Origin: a virus
Taxonomy: Duplodnaviria; Caudoviricetes
IMG/VR virus record: IMGVR_UViG_3300033072_000306
Span: 1 to 64,000 of that record
Length of the DNA stretch: 64,000 nt
Direction: 5' to 3' (one strand)
Numbering within the stretch: position 1 is the stretch's first letter; each line of letters opens with the position of its first letter. The translations under genes were made by a program, and so were the position numbers. The notes below the pieces were generated by a model. The model was not told where the DNA came from, did no database searches, and worked only from the letters and a program-made list of their open reading frames with translations. Positions 61,301 to 64,000 of the stretch are shown here, in pieces.

Positions 61301-62510
61301 TTGTATCTTTCTTGCGAACTTGAACCAACGCACGCATCACACCTGAGTTAAGCACTGCACTGGTAACATTCACCCATACAGAGCATGTATTAGAAAGCTT
61401 ACCTTTTGTCGGCATTGTCAACTGCAAACGCCCACCGTCCATTGTTACAGCAACATTTGTTTGATTTAGTGTGTAAGTCAACAAGGATGTGGAGACAGCA
61501 TTTTGATCAAAACCCTTGAAAAAGTTTAGATTGGTTTTTGTATTGGTGTAGTTTTTAGCTGTAACTAGATTTGCATCAGAATATGATTTCGCTTGGATCA
61601 GAGGATCATAAGGACTCTTGGTTAAACTTGTCGCTCCTGCTGTAGATTTGTACCACAATCCACCATTAACAACCTCACCAATATTCACAACCTGATTTAC
61701 AGCTATATTAACAATGTCTGCATTTGCTTGTGCTAGTGTTGGGTAGAACTTACTAGCTACTGTACTAAGATTGGACAAAGTTGTATTTACAGTATTAGTT
61801 TGTTGAGTCAAAGCGTTATCAAGATATTCTGCTGTAGCTTTTTGATTGATTTGTGATTGCAAAGATGAATCTTGAGAATCAACATAAGTTTTATCTACTT
61901 TAAGAGCCAATTGACTATCAGTATAAGTTTTATCCGCCTTAGTTAGTAAGGTAGAGTCTACATAAGTTTTATCTACTTTAAGAGCCAATTGACTATCAGT
62001 ATAAGTTTTATCTGTTTTAAGCGCTAACTGATCATCAACATAAGTTTTATCAGATTTAGTTAATAAAGATGAATCTACGTCAACTTGACTAGCCTTGAGT
62101 GCAAGTTGACTATCAACATAGGTTTTATCAGATTTAAGTGTAAGCTGATTATCAACATAAGTTTTATCAGCTTTTGTAGCAACCGCACCAATGATTGCAG
62201 ATTGTGTAGAGTTACTTACAGGCTTATCAGCATCAGCAGTGTTATCAACATTACCTAAACCGATTTGACCCTTAGTAACTTGGTGAGGGTTTAATAAATC
62301 TTCAATGTGGGTTTCTAATTCTTGACGTACACCATTGACTTTCCCATCTACAGTGGTGGTATCGACTAAATCTTTCGTTGTTTTTGTGTAATCAGCTACA
62401 GAATCTAAGGTAATGGAATAATTACCACTTCCGCCTGTAGGGATTTTTTCTTGACCCGTAATATTTTCTGTAGGGATTTCTGGGGCATCTACAATTCGTA
62501 AATCTGCCAT
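58368..62510 (-). CDS. tail fiber/tailspike with putative beta-propeller glycosidase C-terminus
   Basis: NPH.VTK.QIGLGNVDNTAD anchor, coiled-coil repeats, FYPTLAQANAD linker, Asp-box FSNDHGRTY, HIHGCAWD. Confidence 0.85.
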   Translation of the reverse strand: MADLRIVDAPEIPTENITGQEKIPTGGSGNYSITLDSVADYTKTTKDLVDTTTVDGKVNGVRQELETHIEDLLNPHQVTKGQIGLGNVDNTADADKPVSNSTQSAIIGAVATKADKTYVDNQLTLKSDKTYVDSQLALKASQVDVDSSLLTKSDKTYVDDQLALKTDKTYTDSQLALKVDKTYVDSTLLTKADKTYTDSQLALKVDKTYVDSQDSSLQSQINQKATAEYLDNALTQQTNTVNTTLSNLSTVASKFYPTLAQANADIVNIAVNQVVNIGEVVNGGLWYKSTAGATSLTKSPYDPLIQAKSYSDANLVTAKNYTNTKTNLNFFKGFDQNAVSTSLLTYTLNQTNVAVTMDGGRLQLTMPTKGKLSNTCSVWVNVTSAVLNSGVMRALVQVRKKDTTNVHSNYYNIPNGTTGWFKLVDVNISAVNPNDIDAIIVNPEATGGAVLTISDVYVGDFEPTSGFTRFERIEDEILRSAVKTNIFPRFEHLPTLSGVTYSGERITINAGSTFSHILPIADKQVLYFSMLVNQLANRDMRIRLVGTPTDGTSGITRDVYTTATNGLEFSSSVDFGKAIKQVQVSISAIRTDAISIDRLVLSYDPVMQSKRAAPIKLPTTVSDLVDDSVTNLATHPKLNLLSLKTNAVWTDNSVALSGAASALLRQYVSEMGLVTGDVVYINFKGNVLKGGGAATVTTSQVRANGSVISSSGFTTTLTDGSNLYTNIPATVATDADRIVISFSTTVDATLSITDLIISKQKVYSYSKITTVNALDATGTQVSLFPYPKLNGYDTVGNAVAYSRYLNENGDWVLEVPATDTTATRGQGATFNFDYPDSFLGKGGYLSVMLSSPSIDTVTAYLVYKIGGTVTQELSSPVPMKNNGDFTEYLIPLSAKNPSNVDITGVSITFHQANTATGSLKIERPVLTAKLPYQNIKHIVYAVDTVAETGMPSRDRVYDALQNPVSGAFTTGRQVFVPDVDSPATINDFKLIGGRDSLPNKLIGTKYIDASGFEIITIDSDDSVYLRNTANTNIYKTTVDDLYSRISAVTLDAGSGEYRGTFDGSDLVPIASGFASNMYGRVAGDGSLICASSSEAKYLPVNGSALVAATGYVNTVGGLLSGWLFDVQDNIVLAGGYSAAPNYGQGKINFSNDHGRTYKTILDLENQTIFGATATASSHIHGCAWDKWWNRVWVVMGDYPFDSQAVGKILWCDNPQDANPVWHIEPRDLIQPNKHNEQHISVYPMQDCILFGSDCNPSYIARRARVSKDQATLTDMALYLHAGLAYYPAQFWRHNDNLPVTIFLGSDLLGSYGDNPDGVLITYDGVNFSRIWSDKNEYSNTSGRTSSYAYALPKERFLLQKRVDPRFSSGTCWVIGRLRMR
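61864..62175 (-). repeat. eight 39-bp (13-aa) tandem repeats in tailspike
   Basis: K.DKTY.D.QL.L repeats; exact 53-bp duplicate at 61882-61934 and 61960-62012. Confidence 0.9.
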
Positions 62511-62537
62511 TACTTTAATTCTCCGTAATATTTGTTT

Positions 62538-63080
62538 TTAATAACTTCTTAATGCTTTCTCAAAGATAGTAGCTTCGTTGGCAATCTTTTGAGCTTTATC
62601 CAGAATGTTAATTACTCGTCTAGCATTCTTGTAATCTTTAGTTGTTTTCGTGATATAGTCTGAAAGTTTCTTTTTTGTAAACCAACCCTCTTTACTGCCT
62701 AACACAAGTATCTCTGCTGCATATTTTGGCACTTGAGCTAATCTTGGATTCTTTAACATCTCACCATTTAAACCAAGTTTCTTGTCAGCAAGTTTGTAAT
62801 TATCTTCCCATGTTAATTGCACGAACCCACGCCCATACCACGGATAATATCGAAGATTCTTTTTACGCCAATCCTCAGATAACCAATAGGCTTCAATAAC
62901 GGGTAACATTGTTTGATTTGTTTCATGCCAAGCTGTAGCTAAAACGTAAGCAGCTTGATTGTATTCAAGAGAGTGTTTGTTACAGTATTCAATAATGAGG
63001 TTGATATTATCTACTTGGTCTTGGTTTAGAGAACCAAAGGACTTTCTTAAAATAGAAAACCCTCCTGAAGTCATCTTCAT
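62538..63080 (-). CDS. endolysin, glycoside hydrolase family 19
   Basis: AY.LATA.HET, YGRGFVQLTW..NY, ARRVIN; termini resemble Acinetobacter phage endolysins. Confidence 0.9.
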   Translation of the reverse strand: MKMTSGGFSILRKSFGSLNQDQVDNINLIIEYCNKHSLEYNQAAYVLATAWHETNQTMLPVIEAYWLSEDWRKKNLRYYPWYGRGFVQLTWEDNYKLADKKLGLNGEMLKNPRLAQVPKYAAEILVLGSKEGWFTKKKLSDYITKTTKDYKNARRVINILDKAQKIANEATIFEKALRSY

Positions 63081-63385
63081 TTTTCTTCCTTAATATTTTT
63101 TCTATAATTTAGAATGTGAACACGTTTATCATGTTCGTGTATAAGAAGTTTTATAAACAATACTGTAAAACAAACACAAACAGTAAATGCAGCAAAGATT
63201 ACAAGGTATGGTGCAAGGAGTAAGAATTTTGCATAAAAGCCTAAAACTATGAAAGATACAGCTAATGTAAATCTAACAATAGAGCTTTTAAATGTATCTG
63301 AGAAAGCCCTGCTAATCTCGCACCATCCTATAAGGCAAGTCCAAATTAATAAACAAACCTGAATAATAACAATATATAATTCCAT
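63077..63385 (-). CDS. multi-TM lysis-associated protein (holin/antiholin candidate)
   Basis: About three hydrophobic helices, basic C-tail, overlaps endolysin start. Confidence 0.55.
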   Translation of the reverse strand: MELYIVIIQVCLLIWTCLIGWCEISRAFSDTFKSSIVRFTLAVSFIVLGFYAKFLLLAPYLVIFAAFTVCVCFTVLFIKLLIHEHDKRVHILNYRKNIKEEK

Positions 63386-63386
63386 A

Positions 63387-63776
63387 TTATTTACCTATCA
63401 GTTTATCAATAATGTTGTCTATAACTCTTAGTACACCACCTACAGCTTTCGATATAACTTGGTCAGTATTCTTTACAACAGCATCTAGAATCTTTAATGA
63501 GGATAATCCACATAGGATATATAAACCAAATTGATACCAAAACTCTAATAATCCTGTGTATACGATAATGGAATTAGCTATAGCCATTCCAATAACAACA
63601 CCAATAATAATAGCTCCTAGAGCAATAAAACTTATTAGGAACTTCTCTAAAGGTGTTTTATTTTTCCAATCAATATCATTTCTCTTATACCAAACAGCGA
63701 GGAGACTTCCGATCAGTGATGGGAATAACCATTTAGCAATACTAATAATTGAAATGGTTGTTGTATTTGCTTCCAA
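63387..63776 (-). CDS. holin candidate
   Basis: Three TM segments; TTG start after AAGGAG. Confidence 0.6.
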   Translation of the reverse strand: MEANTTTISIISIAKWLFPSLIGSLLAVWYKRNDIDWKNKTPLEKFLISFIALGAIIIGVVIGMAIANSIIVYTGLLEFWYQFGLYILCGLSSLKILDAVVKNTDQVISKAVGGVLRVIDNIIDKLIGK

Positions 63777-63790
63777 TGGAATTTCTCCTT

Positions 63791-64000
63791 TTAAGATGTA
63801 CGAAGCCAAATAAACACCACAATAGATGGTTGGACGTTGTTGTGAGGTTGATCTCCACCAGCGTCACTAGTTTTAAACTTAGCACCAATATCATTTGTGT
63901 TGGTGACAGCAGAGCTTGCATAATTATCAGCTTGTTGCGATGGAAATTCATGGGAGTGTTTAGGCATTTCTTCAACTGTTAACTTATGAGTATATTCACC
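63791..64000 (-). CDS. 3' end of baseplate/tail-collar-type protein (partial)
   Basis: Manual frame: HKLTVEEMPKHSH...GGDQPHNNVQPSIVVFIWLRTS-stop. Confidence 0.8.
   Translation of the reverse strand, partial: GEYTHKLTVEEMPKHSHEFPSQQADNYASSAVTNTNDIGAKFKTSDAGGDQPHNNVQPSIVVFIWLRTS

Noticed and set aside
1804-63982. Antisense or alternate-frame ORFs in the track (e.g. 1804-2241, 4604-4831, 14532-14738, 22879-23285, 27119-27442, 43765-44214, 45097-45285, 45935-46402, 50110-50433, 56872-57525, 58355-60898, 63556-63982)
   Set aside because: Shadows of better-supported genes or of the structured RNA; no RBS or recognisable motifs
1-64000. Stop-codon reassignment or hypermodified-base pathway
   Set aside because: Long genes are intact in the standard code, ThyA keeps the dUMP-type Asn, and no modification enzymes beyond the C5 methyltransferase were recognised

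Overview
64 kb fragment of an AT-rich lytic dsDNA phage, most likely an Acinetobacter myovirus (Saclayvirus-like; inferred from the GH19 endolysin and the tailspike N-terminus, not from a search). Layout: leftward 452-1300; rightward 1820-15196 (SF2-helicase-like protein, ligase, HslV-like and ClpP-like proteases, PhoH, C5 methyltransferase, HD hydrolase); a leftward block of small early-type genes 15870-20059; a non-coding gap 20100-20900; rightward 20983-25848 (Rnl2, second helicase-like paralog, Imm); then a long leftward arm with DHFR, ThyA, glutaredoxin, NrdA/B, exonuclease, SSB, family A polymerase, primase-helicase, four free-standing homing-endonuclease-like genes, a 1380-aa tailspike and the lysis genes. 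I found one tRNA (Arg-UCU) and no rRNA, CRISPR array, integrase or transposase. The strongest unexplained signal is a ~590-nt gene-free, hairpin-dense region (45068-45654) starting at the tRNA CCA end, with three long closing helices, shared internal motifs and an anti-Shine-Dalgarno-like 9-mer. Also notable: recurrent terminator-promoter fusions, 11-12 bp phased arrays at divergent gaps near two helicase paralogs, a catalytically degenerate dUTPase-like protein, and a 34% acidic candidate DNA mimic. All family calls are from motif recognition by eye.
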